From: Camelus dromedarius
Taxonomy: Eukaryota
Assembly: GCF_036321535.1 (NCBI RefSeq)
Contig: NC_087438.1
Coordinates: 3,536,001 to 3,600,000, forward strand
Direction of reading: 5' to 3'
DNA length: 64,000 bases
In this document: positions 12,903 to 26,600 of the stretch, piece after piece
How the letters are laid out: the number at the start of each line of letters is the position of its first letter
How positions within the stretch are numbered: position 1 is the stretch's first letter
Program-made: the position numbers and the translations under genes
The notes under the pieces: model-generated
What the model saw: only the letters and a program-made list of their open reading frames with translations
The model's database searches: none
What the model was told of the DNA's origin: nothing

Positions 12903-15900
12903 GTCCTTTTACAAGTAAGCGCCGGCTCTGTACTTGATAGGAGTTGCCCATTGCATTTCTGTTTATCTTGTGAAAACTCCACTTGTTTCTGTTTTCTCAG
13001 GTGTTACTGAATTTTAGCTAATATGTTTCCTCCTGATATAACAGTTTTATGGCAAAAGTGGAGAGATTTTAAGAAAAGAAGTTGACAAATCTGTTCTAAG
13101 AAGTTTGGGAGGTTCTTCACATAGCACAGGGTAGAAGTGTGCGTCCTACCCACTTTCTCTGAGGAAGCCCACAGGACACTGTCACCTCAGGGTCTGATCA
13201 AGAGCATTGGCCTTCTCTATACACACAGGTCTGTGTTCCTCATGCAAAAGATGGAACCTCACGGGAGCCAAGGGTCCACATACTGAGTGTTGACTGATGT
13301 TCTCAGTGTTTGTGTAGGTGACACTCTGTCAGCCCCCAAGTCACTGGAGGACACTTGAACTAAGAAGCACTTCCATAATTCAAACAAGTGAACACTTCTG
13401 ACATTAAATTTGTGAAGAAAAGGAAAAAGAACATCTCATTCTCTAGCCTGAGATGAATGAGACCTGGAATGTGCAGTTAATCGCACCATCCTTGCATTCC
13501 TATCATGAACCCCACGTGACCACTGTGTATTTTTTTTACCACATTGGTAGCTTTAATTTTATAGCATTTCTTTATGATTTTTCACACATTTGATAAGATT
13601 GTTCTGTGATTTTATTTGTGTGCTGTTTTTCAATAGATAAGTCTTGTAGTAATTATTTCATCTAAGCTTCCTTCTAATTTTCAGTTATTTAATGTTTCCC
13701 TACTGTCACTTTTCTAACTTTTGATTTATGGCCATCTCTTTTTTACTACTCTGGTTATTTAGGAAACATACATATATCTCTAAATCTGCTTTAATTACCT
13801 ACACTATTTAAGATAGTATGCTTTAGCCATTCATTTTTGATTTATCAACTTCACAAAGTAAGCTATTAAAAAAAAAACCCTATTGGGCAAAATAAGGTGA
13901 TTAGTAATTATTGAAACTCAGCAGACTAGAGGACTTTTGGCATTGGATTCATCAGTCTAGATCATCTGACTATAGACTGTTGAGGACTTGGAATATGTCT
14001 TGGTTTCTCTAGAACAATGAAAATTTGCACAGCCTGTTCAACGTCCTTGCATGTCTGTTAGACTGTGACACACAGTGAGCCATACACAGGACTCTGTATT
14101 CAGCCCTCCACTGGCCATAGCATTTTCAGATGTCTTTACTGGTTCTTCCTCAGGAGGCCCTTTTCTTGAGTTCAGAGAAGCGAATTTCTCACAGATTTAT
14201 ATCCCGTGTCTGTGAACACTTGTCCAATTCTCTAATGGCCACTTGTGTATCTGTAGACCTTACATCATGTGGGCAGTTAAAGAAAGACATCATCATACTG
14301 TCTAAACTACCCAGACATCGTTTCCACGTTCTGCATATGATATATTGGAATAAATTATCATAAATGCTATACTGGTTGGCTGCCGTCCCAATTTGAGTCA
14401 TTTAAACCAGCTGAGTTAGAGAATGAAGTCTTTACATGTGGGGCTTCTCTCTGCCTCAATTCATTATAAGAATATTGAGCATATGTGAAACTATTTAAAT
14501 ATCACTAGAGTATTATGTCTAGATAGAAAATGTAAATACCATTGAATTATTAGGTTATTTTAGCCTAATTATAAGGCTCTTTTTTAGCATAAGTTACTAA
14601 ATTATATTGATTGTAGTGCAGGAAATAGCATTAATGAGATGCTAGGGTAGCGCGTGCCTCTTCTTCTCCTCCTAGTCTTCTCTCATCTGTGTTTTTAAGG
14701 GCAGTGGATGAATATAACATTTACCACACGATTCATCTGATAGATTTTGTGATGTGATATCTGAAGCTTTAGATTAGGAAGTTGATTCCAAGGACTAAAA
14801 CAGTATTTTGTTATATAATGATTAGTTTATTTATTTGAGTCATCAAATAACTACCAATATTATTTAACTAAATATTCTTGAAAGTGTTACAACCTTTCGG
14901 TATTTACTAATGTGTAAGACCCACCCGTTGGGAAAAAATTCAACCAACAAGTACCTAAGACCTAGTAAGAAAACAAGAAATAACTAATCTGCAGCGTCTT
15001 GAAGAAGAATGAAGGCAACTGAAGACGGTTGTTTCACAGGGACCGGAGCCGGGAGGTTACGTAAATATTGTTCTACATACTCTGTGTGTTCATTTCCTGG
15101 ATCCGATTAATCTCCTCAAAGTGCGACGGTGAGAAGTCCTCCCTGCAGAGAGTGGAAGGGTTCCAGCCTTGTGGAGAAAGAGGACTCAGCGTCAGATGTG
15201 AAGCGGACATTCCTGGCAGGCTCCCGGCCTAATGGCCTCCCGCGGTCAGAAAAATCATCACGGCATGAGGTACCTTCAACGCAGTTTGGAAGCTGTTTGA
15301 CAGCTTAAAAGATGAAACTTAGAAGTTCTTTGAAATCGTCGTAAAAAGTCACATCCTGCCATCATTTTGTGGAAACTACAGTGAACATTCGTGTGTCTGC
15401 TGTCGTTTCTGCCCTTTGCTTCTAAATTCTTCACCCAGAGCCCCGCGCAGGCGCACACCTCTGACTGCGTCATTCAGTCAGCATCACTGCTGTCATAAAT
15501 TAAAAAAAAGAAAGCAAGGACCTGAGGGTACCAGTTCTGTTTCGTTCTAGCATGCTAGCTGCTCAGAAGGCTCTGTGGCCACCTCGTGGACTTGGGTTGT
15601 GTGAGCCTGTGGCCCTGGTGTCCCTCTAACCTCCCAGCAGAGAATGTGACTGAAACTGTGCGGGATGCTGACATGGGTTTCATCCATGGAGTCGGTGTGC
15701 TGACAGATTTGCCCTGTGTACAAGATGGATTCGATCTGCTTCCTTGGTTTCTCTTATAAAACCCAATGGATTTATGGCCATTCTTGGTAACACTGGTACA
15801 TAAACCTTCGGTGGATGGCCCGAACTGACCAATCCCACTTGGCACAGACCCTTGGGGCGCCCTGTCCCGGTCCCGGGCATGAGCCTTGGGAACTGAGTGG

Positions 15901-16834
15901 CTGTGCTCTGGCTCACACCGTCCAGATGTGCTGGGCGAGGCCGCCTGGAAAGCATTCTTAGAAAATTGACTTGTGTGTCTGGAGAAGATCATTTCAAAGC
16001 ATTTATCTAGGAGTGAACGTCCAAGAAACCCAAGAGCACAGATACCAGAAAAGCCTGAAACTGTAGGCGGAGGGCTGGCATCATTTTAAAATCCTTCTCA
16101 TAAAAGGCCGAAGCCACAGTGGGGAGGGCTCACCTCCTGTGTTAGAGCAGGAAGCTGGCGTTCCTCCCCAGGTAAACGAGGGTCCCGAGGAAGTGAGCCG
16201 GGACGAAGTTCCCAGTGACTCTTCTGTGACTTAAAGTGCATTTTGCACCTTGAGAGATGAACTAAACCGTCTCTTGTGGGAAGATCGTTCATTTTAAAGG
16301 GGAGAAAATGAACCTAAGTCACTTGTGGAGCATTTAAATTCATTAGACGCATAGACTTTCCCAAGCACCTTGCTAACAGCTTCTCTTGAGAAGCCGGAGA
16401 AGAGACTTCAGACGCTACAGGAAATCTGAACGTCGTCGTGACTAGGAGCAAAGCTGCTTGGAAGGCACGCGGCCCTACTAAGTATTTTGCCCCCGACCCA
16501 ATACTGACTCATTAAGGACTTTTCAAAAAAAACTGCTGCCTGGTAATTAGCCATAAAGCAGAAAGACACAGCTTTTACCTAGAGCAGTGAATTCCACACT
16601 TACCGAGTATGAAATAAATACACATAAAATTTGCAACCGTCCAATTAAGATGTGTAATGCCCTCAAAATTCCTGAATACATTCATTTCTCCTCTGACTTT
16701 TTAGAGCTAAGCCACCTTAGATGGCTGCCTCATTAGATTTCCCCAGCTGAAAGGCTGGCCTTGCTGAAGCCTGGATTCACTGAGCAGGGCTACAGCAGGC
16801 TGGGCCATAAGACACAGCTCTCTGCGTGGTCTCC

Positions 16835-17045
16835 CTGCCCCTCTGCTTCCCAGCTGTGTGACCTTGATCATCTAGAACCTGAAAGCAGCATCAAACGCTT
16901 TCACCATCTCTGGGCCTCGGTTTCCTCATCTGTAAAACAGGAATTCTGACGGCACCTCCCCTGGGGTCGCTGAACGGATTTGTGTGGGAGTGGCTTAACC
17001 TGCATATGCACGCAGAACAGCGCAGGGAACAGAGCAGGCACTGGG
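16835..17045 (+). mobile_element. MIR SINE
   Basis: Core motifs cagctgtgtgaccttg and tctctgggcctcggtttcctcatctgtaaaacagg. Confidence 0.8.
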
Positions 17046-17588
17046 TGTGCGTGGAAAGAGACCCAGGAGGCTCCCGGGCTCTGAAACTGGACTCTGGGCT
17101 CAAAGCCTAGCCCACACGGCTTGTAAGACCTTCCTGTGTTTCACTCTCATCCTCAACGAAATGGAGTAAGGAATGGTGCCCAGGTCACTGGGCTGTGCTC
17201 CCCAGAGCTTAGAGCCTGGCTGTCCCTTCACTGAGCTCTGTGAGGGGTTGCTCGGCCCCTTCCCAATTCTTGCCATATTTAAAGCCATCTGCTTTGGGCC
17301 TCAATGTCTCTTTAAAATTTGTGACTATTTTGCTAGAACTTCAAGATTTCACCTGTGGGGCTGGTTGCTTTTGCTGCTGTTGTTTTGTTGTTCACATCTG
17401 TTTCCCACAGCGAGGTAGCCTGGCCCCTTCCCCCTGAGGAATCAGCTCTGGCCACACTCGAGATAGGCCCGCAGCTCCAATGCCCCCACCTTCTAAAGCC
17501 ATCCCGGCCATCCTGGAAATACCCTGTGCTTCCTGGTTTCTGCAGATGTGTTCGGTCCTCTTCCCCCTGAGTGGAGCTGGTTTAAGTC

Positions 17589-17790
17589 CAGGGCTGGCAC
17601 ACAGGGGCACAGGCAGCCCGCCTTCCGATTCTGTAAATTAGGTTTTACTGGACCCACCTGCCCATTTGTGTCCACGCTGCTGCCGGCTGCCTCGTCCCGG
17701 CCATGGAGAGCTTGAGTAGTTGCAATCGCCTGGCCAGCAGCCAAAAATGCATACGCTATGGCCCTTGAGTAAAATGTTTGCCAACTCCTG
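17589..17790 (+). mobile_element. MER58A-like hAT-Charlie element
   Basis: Termini cagggctggca...tttgccaactcctg; internal tgtaaattaggttttactgga and ttgagtagttgcaa. Confidence 0.75.
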
Positions 17791-19139
17791 GGCTGGATGA
17801 AAGCCTCTGTCCAGCAAAATGGGTGTCCTAACAGGAAATGTCTCTACTGTCTGCTGCTCTTTCTGGGGGCAAAGTAAGTGTTAATGTTATTGCAGCCGCA
17901 GATTCCAACGGCTGGGAAAACCCGACCCTAGTTTAGGTGTACCGTCCGCTGACCGTTAGTGGGCAGGTGTCTTTCAGAAGGAGTCCGATGATGTGTTTAG
18001 GAATACACTTGTCTTCTCAGTGATTTGGGTAACATGTTTTATTACCCTTTCTCAATTAGGAGAAAGGCCTGTCTTCAGGACAGGAATGTTGCTCTAAGTC
18101 AAGAAGTCAATTAGAGGCAGAATCCACAGATCTGTGCAACATGCAAGCTCATATTCACACAGCTGGTTTTGGCCGAAATCATGTAATTTCCTAGGCAGCT
18201 ATGAAAACGTCTGAACATTGTGGGTGGCGTGACATCGTTTTCTCTGCATGTAGTGGGAGAAGAACCCCTTCTCCTTCGGGAACGCTCCTCGATAAGGTGT
18301 TGCCTGAGAGCAGTTCTAGGAGTCCCAGGCTCTCCTCATTTCTCCACACAGTAGGCTTCTGCAGCGTCTCTCGGGGGTTCTCCGAGTGTCTAATTACCTT
18401 TTCCTTTTGAAAGACAGGCTTTTTAAGAGGGGGATACCAGTAGTTTCTTTTACAAACCTTCTCTGTGTAGAACCTGACTGCCGTGTTCTTTCACCAATGA
18501 CCGGTTGTTTTTGTTCTGGTCTCAGCTGAGGAACAACCGAACAGAGGAGGTACACCTGCCCAGGGCCTTTACAGCATTCTTTGGATATGAATAAATGTAT
18601 TTAATTACCTTTCCTTGGGGGCATGTTTCCCATATTTCTTCATCCTTCCCCCATCACCATTTTTAGAACCTAATTCTAAAATTTCCCAATAATTATCTAA
18701 AGCGTGAATATCCTAAAATTGCAGGTTTTCAACAGCATGATCCCTCTGTCACAATATTTTTACCCACAATCAGAAAATCACTTAGAAGTGATACAACAAA
18801 ATTAATGGGCATGTCTTTGTGATTTTCTTTCGTTTTTTCAAAATTCAAATTTACTAGTCACGTCCTTATCAGCTTCTCAATGATTTTCAAAAAGTATGTA
18901 TAAAATAACACGAATGCAGTAAGGAAGCATGGCTTTCCCTCGTCGTTTGTATGTTGCGTCGACAGACTGAAGGGCTGTATTTGTTGCGCCAGGTGGACTG
19001 GATGTGAATGCGCTCGCCTCCCCAGGTGAGGGCTGAGGAGCAGAGGGAGAAGAGAAGGAGAGGAGGAGATGCAGGGATAAGTCATGGGAACCATGGCTGA
19101 CCCTTCAGCAGCCCCGACTGTGCTAACCCATCCGGTCTT

Positions 19140-19285
19140 CCCACTCCACGTAGGGCAGAGACTGATCATCTCGACTTTGCAGATGAGAAAATGGACACAG
19201 ACATTCAGTGATTTCCCAACGGGCACACGGCTGAGGCGGGTGGAGCCACCTCACGCTGGGTCAGACCCAGGGGTCTTCATGCCAG
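19140..19285 (-). mobile_element. MIR SINE fragment
   Basis: tttgcagatgagaaaatggacacag...agtgatttcccaacgggcacacggct. Confidence 0.65.
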
Positions 19286-19689
19286 GACCATGGACTTGAG
19301 CAGGGCTTCGCCAAGCACTTGGACGTGGTTATAATCCTGTGAAATTCTGTATCCACACCACAGGCAAGAGTAAATCCTCTCAAACATAGATGGTATGGCG
19401 ACCCCACTGGGAAGTTTCAGGAATATTACTATATTTAGCTACTAACGTACCTCTATATCCACGAAGTGAGGATGGTGATGCTCACTGTCAGTTCTTCAGC
19501 GGGTGTGGGGTGTATTGCCTATGCTTAGACCTGGGAGATCCACAAAGGCACTGATGAAATGTCAAATTCTGAACCGTAGGTTCTGTGGACAGAGAGAATG
19601 GCTACCTCTCACGAGACAAGCCCACCTCCGCGGCCATAGTCGGGACACCAGCATCTCACCCTGGCAACCCCCACAGCTCTGGTTGGCTT

Positions 19690-20010
19690 TCCTCCACCAG
19701 CCCAGCTCCCTGTATCTCTCATCCATTCTGCAGTGGCTGGGATCCCTCTAAAATGCAGACCCAGCGTAGACTCTCCTCTTCATCAAGGCTTGCATGCCTC
19801 TCGTTGTCACAGGCTTGGAACCCAAACCCCCTTACATGGCCCCCAGGGTCCTCCAGGGCCAGGCCCTGCAAGTGCTCTGTCCTCTTTGTCCCAGTTCCTT
19901 GGTTACTGGACCCCTTCTTGCCGCTCCGCCACCAGCCCTCTCACCTTGGCTTCCCATGTGGTCTATCTTAACGCTCACCCCTCTTCCAGGGTGTTTGTAC
20001 ATCTCTTTTC
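19690..20010 (+). mobile_element. L2 fragment (appears to resume at ~21343-21480 after the L1 insertion)
   Basis: gggatccctctaaaatgcagac...cccaaacccccttacatggcccccagggtcc is a typical L2 3' region. Confidence 0.5.
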
Positions 20011-20022
20011 ACAGCCATTCTT

Positions 20023-21328
20023 TTTTTTTTTAATTTTATTATTTTTTTACTGAAGTGTAGACAGTTTACAATGTTGAGTCAATTCCTGGTGTACAGCACA
20101 ATGCTTCAGTCATACGTGAACATACGTATATTGGTTTTCATATTCATTTTCATTATCGGTTACTACAAGGTATTGAATGCAGTTCCCTGTGCTCTACAGC
20201 ACCTCCCTGTGTTGTTCATCTATTTCATACATAGTAGTTAGAATCTGCAAATCTCAGACTCCCAATGTATCCCTTCCACCCTCTTCCCCTCCTGGTGACC
20301 ACAGGTTTGTTTCCTATGTCTGTGAGTCTGTTTCTGTTTTGTCAATGAGTTCATTTGTGTCTTTTTTTTTTTTTTTTTTAGATTCCACATATAAGTGATA
20401 TCATATGGTATTTTTCTTTCTCTTTCTGGCTCACTTCACTTAGAATGATGATCTCCATGTCCATCCAGGTTGCTGCAAATGACATTATTTTATTCTTTTT
20501 TATGACTGAATAGGCTGTAGTATGTATACACCACAATTTCTTTATCCAGTCATCTGTCGACGGACATTTAGGTTATTTCCATGTCTTGGCTGTTGTAAAT
20601 AGTGATGCTATAAACATTGGGATGCAGGTGTCTTTTTCAATTAGAGTTCCCTCCAGATGTGTACCCGGGAGAGGGATTGCTGGATCTTACGGTAAGTCTG
20701 TTTTTAGTTTTTTGAGGAATCTCCATACTGTTTTCCATAATGGCTGCACCAAACTACATACCCACCAGCAGTGTAGGAGGGGTCCCTTTTCTCAACACCC
20801 TCTCCAGCATTTATTGTTTATGGACTTTTGAATGTTGGCCATTCTGACCAGCGTGAGGTGATACTTCATTGGAGTTTTGATTTGCATTTCTCTGATAATT
20901 AGCAATATTAAGCATTTTTTCATGTTCTTATTGGCCATTTGTATGTCTTCACTGGAGAATTGCTTGTTTAGATCTTTTTCCATTTTTGGATTGGGTTGTT
21001 TGTTTTTTGTTATTAAGTTGTATGAGCTGTTTATATACTCTGAAAATTAAGTCCTTGTCAGTTTCATCTTTTGCAAATGTTTTCTCCCATTCCTTTCCTT
21101 TGCCTGTTTTGTTTATGGTCTCCTTTGCTGTGCAAAAGCTTATGAGTTTAATTAGGTGCCATTTGTTACTTTTTCCTTTATTCCCATCACCCAGGCAGAC
21201 TGCCCTGGGAGAACATTGCTGAGATGTGTGTCATATGGTAATTTGCCTGTTCTCCTCTAGGAGGTTTATCGTGTCTTGTCTTCTGCTTAAGTCTTTAACC
21301 ATTGAGAGTTTTATTTTGTGTGTGACGC
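20023..21328 (-). mobile_element. 5'-truncated L1 (ORF2 C-terminus plus 3' UTR), ~1.3 kb, with TSD
   Basis: Poly-T tail. Minus ORF 20792-20983 ([62 protein letters not shown]) is the L1 ORF2 C-terminal region. TSD tcacagccattctt (20009-20022) / tcacagcctttctt (21329-21342). Confidence 0.93.
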
Positions 21329-23415
21329 TCACAGCCTTTCTTGAAGACCCTCGAGGCCCCACAGAGGGTTTGGCTGAGCCACGTGCCTGGTGTGCGTGGC
21401 CCTCAGGCTGTAGGCCCATGGTTGTTAACGGGTGACATGCATTCACTTGTCGCCTCAACAAAGTGAATGCATGGAGTGGCCTGAAAGCAGCACACACAAC
21501 ACATGTCATGGGAAGTGAAGCCACAAAGCCGTGAGTGACCTTGTGAGCCTGTGGTCAGGGCCCCGGAGAGGGGCAGGACCTGAAGGGTGATTTTCTGGGA
21601 TGTGAGAAGGTCACCAAAAGAGGCATGTGAAGGGGTCACAGTGTTCTAGCCGTGTTCACGTGTGAGCTGCGAGTCCTGCCACTCTTTTTCTGACGATGGC
21701 AGGGGACACACTCCTAGCTCGATGAGCGTGAGATGTGACCTACGGACAGTTCGAAACAATTGCTTCTTATGGCTGTTTGGTCCCAATTTCCTTTCTCCTT
21801 TTCTGCGCTCACATCCTTTGTGTGAGGGGAAGAGAGAAGAGATCCAGCCTCCTGATCAAGGAGAGAGAACAGTACGTGAATAAAAATTGTGGTGACCATG
21901 AGTTTGTCCACTGATGAAATAAATTAAGGGAATATCATTTAAGCACACACACATACCCACCTGGAACTTTAATTTTCACTTAAAATACATAAATGTGCAT
22001 CCATCTGCTAATTATTTTCATGAGAGTCAAAGCTGATTTTGAGTAGAGATCTGCCTGTTAAAGATCTAAGTTGATTATCTGCCTAAAATATGTCCAGTTC
22101 CTGAGATGTTCAGTTTACTTGTCCCATCCATCTGAGTACAAAAATATCTTATGTTTTTAATTTTTCCTCCAAATATTACTTTGGTCTCAGCCACGCCTAA
22201 GCTGACCACAGTTCCGTTTCGTGACTGACTTCTACTGAGTCATGCAAAGATTCAACTTAGTTTTCCTAGAAACAGGCTTCTCATTTTCCACACTCATCTT
22301 TCATCGAGAAACACCAGACTTAATTATATTACATGATCCCAGTAACACGTGCAGCTGTGGATGCGGAAATGAGTGCAGCCTCGGCTGGTTCCCTGTGTGC
22401 CCACGTGTCGCCGGGCCACAGCAGGACGATGACAGCCTTGGGCAAGGCTGGCCCTTCCCCCTACCTCGTTCTGCATGGGGTGGGTGTGGCCCTGGTGTTT
22501 TGCCAAGAAAATAGAGATGGCCAAGTGTCTGGCAGGTCAGTTCAGAGTGAGTAGAGAAGGCTGGAAACGGACCGGCGGCAGGGAGGCTCCCATCCAGGCG
22601 GTGTGTCTTGTGTCCAGAGAACAGAACAGATGTAGTGTCCCCGGGACACATGCTGATCTGGGGAGTACCCCCTGCTCTGTCCTTCTGGGGGCAGGAACTG
22701 GAGGAGCCTCCGGTAGGGAGTTACACTGGCCCTGACCAGTGGACACCAATTATCTGTCTGGGGTTGGGGGCAGGGGGTCTAATGGGGTCTTTGTAACCTA
22801 AATGGTCTCTCCAGCTGTGAGTATGTCCGTTCTCACAGCCTTTCGTGCCCAAGTGAGATGGACGCTTCCGAAGATCCCCACCCCCCCCCCACGGAGCCGT
22901 CCTTGTATAGGGGTGTCTCCCCGGCCGTCGGGTGGGCTTGCGCGGCAGGGCTGGAAGGGCGTCGGCCCTGGACGTGTTTGCCGGAGCGCATCAGTGTCAG
23001 GCCGGGAGGGCGGGGACGGGAGGGGGCAGCTCGGTCCACGCCAGCTCCTCAGCCGCTCTGGTCCTGGCAGGTCTTCTTCCGGAAGGAGGCTGAGCCTGCC
23101 TGCCTCCCACTCCCGGAAGCTCAGTCGCTGGGGCTGGGGCCCCCTCCAAAGCACAGTCTTTAAAATCAGGAGGGCTGTTCTCCTGGGTGGGCTTTACTGA
23201 TTGGCCGATGACAGGGAGTGAGGGGTTCCTCCTTCGTGCAGAAGAACCTATTCACCAGGCTCTCCCCTGATGTTTTATGGGCACATCTGAGTTCTCATGA
23301 TAGTAAATATATCAACACCAGTACAGCGTGACTACGCAGGAGGGAGCGAGGGCAGTTACCACCTCCTGGACCCAGAGCCCTGGCCCGCCCCGAGGACCAG
23401 GGGTCCTGTCTCCTA

Positions 23416-23619
23416 GAGTGTGTTCCCATCCCTGATGGTCATCTTGGCCACCAGGCTGTGGAAGGAGGGCTTTGTAAAAATTCAGATTTCTGACCCACAG
23501 CCCCAGATTTGTGACTCCTGCAGGATGGAGAAAGGACTGGGAACATGCAGGTGTTTGAGAACCTCCTCGTCCCCACCAGACCCCCCGCCGCCAAGGCAGC
23601 TATGGTTTGGGAAACACTG
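23416..23619. mobile_element. MER5-like hAT-Charlie relic
   Basis: gtaaaaattcagatttctgacccacagccccagatttgtgactc...tttgggaaacactg. Confidence 0.55.
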
Positions 23620-26600
23620 TCTCAGCGCCAGGCTGGGTCACAGGGTCCTCTGAGCCCCTTGGTCTCCTTGGGCACGAGAATCTGGGATGTTAAACTTGTT
23701 AAAGTGGAGGAAGGCCCTCCTACTCAGTCCTTCCTCAGTTTCTCTTGCCACCTGGCGCTGGGGGCTGATTTGCCTGCCTGAGTGGAGTTCCCACCCGGTG
23801 TTTCACTCCATAGCAGAGGTGTCTGTGATGCAAAGAGGCGGCTCCATGGTCGGGTCCTGAATGGATGTGAAAGGAGAGCAAGGGGGTGGCCTTGCCCACT
23901 TTGATGGCAGGAGAGATACCCGTTCTTCCCAGGAGGGCGGGGCGGGTTCTGAGGACAGCCCTGTGGGTCACCCCTGCCCCAGCCGATCTCACCTCCCGCT
24001 CCCTCAGGGACCGCCCTCGTAAGACACCACGGGAAAAGCAGACCAGGTCCGGAGCCCTTCCCAGCTCGCACACTCAGCCTCTCTTTTCCGATGCTCTGTG
24101 AAAGCCGGACAGCGGGGCAGCCTCGCGAAGAGCCAGTCCTCCGCTGTCATTCCGAATCTGAGGATTCCCACCTCACCTTTGATGAGCTGAGCCTTCTCCT
24201 TTGAGTTGATGGGATGCACACACCCTCCGTGGTCCACAGAGAGAAAACCCTCAAATGAAGGATTTTGGCTCAAACAAGGGATTATGAAGGCTGTTTAGAG
24301 CAGCGTGCCCCTTATAATTCTGTTTCCCATCTTCCCCCACATAAGTGAAGCTCTGTAAATCTAACTGATTCTTCTCAAAATGACACCTGAGGACAGGATA
24401 GTGAGACAGGGAAATCTGGTAGGAAGAGCATGTCGGCTTCTGGATAATAAAAAATCTCCTTACCTTTGGCTTCTCATCGTCCACAAACTTGACACCCTCA
24501 GTGCCTGCCTCCTTTGTGGGGAGCTTTCGATGTCCTGCAGTTTGGCTTTGTGGGATTCAGCAAAGAAATGCTGCATTTAAAGGTGAAAAAATTCAGTCCA
24601 GTGCCTGGCTCATGGTAAACCTCTCCTTCCATTCCACGTTGGACGTAAGTCATTTGACTTCTGAGGCTGAGCAAAGTGAAGTAACCACGGAGCTGTAAGC
24701 TTCCAAGAGCCGACGCCTGTTCCAGGTCTTCCGTCTTCTGAGATCTGACCTCTGTGCTTGCCAACCGGTTGTCAGTAATGGAGGTTCAGTTCTCAGGTGA
24801 CAACCAAAGCCAGTCCCAGCGTTGCTTCTAGAAGAATGCACCCAGCAGACCTTCAGAGGGTTCAGGACGCCCCTGCAAACAGCCTGTGGGGCGGGGGATG
24901 CGTGCGTGTCCGCGTGTTGCTGTCATGTCTAGTGCACTTACTCCTGAGCTGGACGAGGTCTGAGGGCTCCGTGCGCGGCTCCAGAAGGGAGAGCGTGAGG
25001 GCCGCGTGCAAGCGGCTTGTCCAACGATACGGCTCCTTCGACACCCTTCACTGACACACTTGGTTACCAAGATTGCTGGCCCTTTCAGAGCTGGACTTCC
25101 ATCCCGGAGCTTGCCTGGAGGGAGCTGGCACTCCTCTGAGACTGCTGAAACATCCTTTGACATAAACCAGTAATTCCCGCATCAGCAGACCGAGCAGGCC
25201 AGCTGACGGCTGGTGCGTGGGCAGCGGCCAGATGGGTCCAGGAACCCGTTTCTCTCCTTCCTCATCCTCCCATGTCCTCTGACCTCGGCAGCTGTGCGCA
25301 GCTCACAGCCTGCCTGCTCTCTTTAAGTTAACTTGTTAGCTGATTTTTTTTCCCTGCAGGAAAGTCAGATTTTTCAACTGACACATGTTTATTGTTGGAT
25401 GTGCGTTGTTACCTTGAAAACATTTCACTTGAGAAGTGTGGTAAATCTCGAATTACTCACACATGTGATGGCGCTGCAGTTTCGTATGAAGACAAGGGCT
25501 CTCTATCTTCAAAAATCACACAGTGCCCATCGCATCGGTGCGGCAGCGTGAGAGCCCCCGGACCGCTGAGTTTGGAGCACGTGAGGGTCCATGTTTATAA
25601 TCACCGAGGACCTTGAAGATCATTTAGGAAAGCAGCAGTGGACGACTGGATTAAGGAAAACCAACTTGAAAATTGCGGTGGATATGCCAGTGTTTGGACG
25701 TGGTGACCAACTGACCCACTGACGCTGTTGCAAGGTCAGCTTTCACTGTGTTTAGCTCGCATCTCTCTGGAACCAGATCCAGCTGTGGACACTGCCTGCT
25801 TGTGGGTTCGCCTTGTGACCCAGGTTCTGCCCGGCCCTTACTCCGCGGTTTCACTGAGTTACGCGCGGCCACTCTGTAGAAGATCAAGTTATTCCTGAAA
25901 AGGGAACGGTGTTTAGGGCTTTGTCTTGAAACTTCGAAGAGAATAAACAGAGAAAGAAACTGAAAGTCAATTCTCAAGTGAAGCTAGCCCTTGATGGCAA
26001 TTCCCGTGCTCTCTGGGAGATGTCCTGATGTGGCTCAGTGACAGCCCTGGGCTGGCTGTGGGTGGCGGTCGGCTGTAAGCAGCAGGCTCTGGTCCAGCCC
26101 AAGGTGGCCCTGAGTCTGAACAGCAGCGACAGCACCGTGGCTGCCGGCGAAGGGGGGGTGGTGTGGGGTGTTGCTTCATGACAGCGTGTTTGGCACTAAA
26201 CCAAGTACCCTCATTGGAAATGTGCATTTTCAAAGGAAACATTAAATAACCAAAACCAAACTGTTACAATTTTTCTAATGGGGAGGGGTAAGTCATTTTA
26301 TGAGAAACCACTAAAAAGTATTGACTATTAGGGATACTGAATACTGAACAGATGGTGCCAGGAAATCTGGTCTAAACTGCTGAGTGACGGCCATAAACTC
26401 CCCGGCCTGTCGGGGCAGCACTGAGAGCTATGAGGGTGAGCCCTGCCCGGGGGGAGCCCACAGCCGGAGGAAGCACCGTGGCGGCCGGGTGGCTGAGTCC
26501 TCCAGGTCTTTCCTGGGAAACCCGACTGATTTGGCTAATACCAGCCACCTGTTTTGTTCTAGTTGGCAGACTTGGGAAAAAACAAAAACAAAAACAAAAA

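Noticed and set aside
20586..21222. Functional L1 ORF2 (also 63293-64000)
   Set aside because: 5'-truncated and broken by frameshifts and stops.
23746..23762. CTCF-like motif tgccacctggcgctg
   Set aside because: Only a partial match; such matches are common in GC-rich DNA and cannot be supported without a PWM scan or ChIP data.
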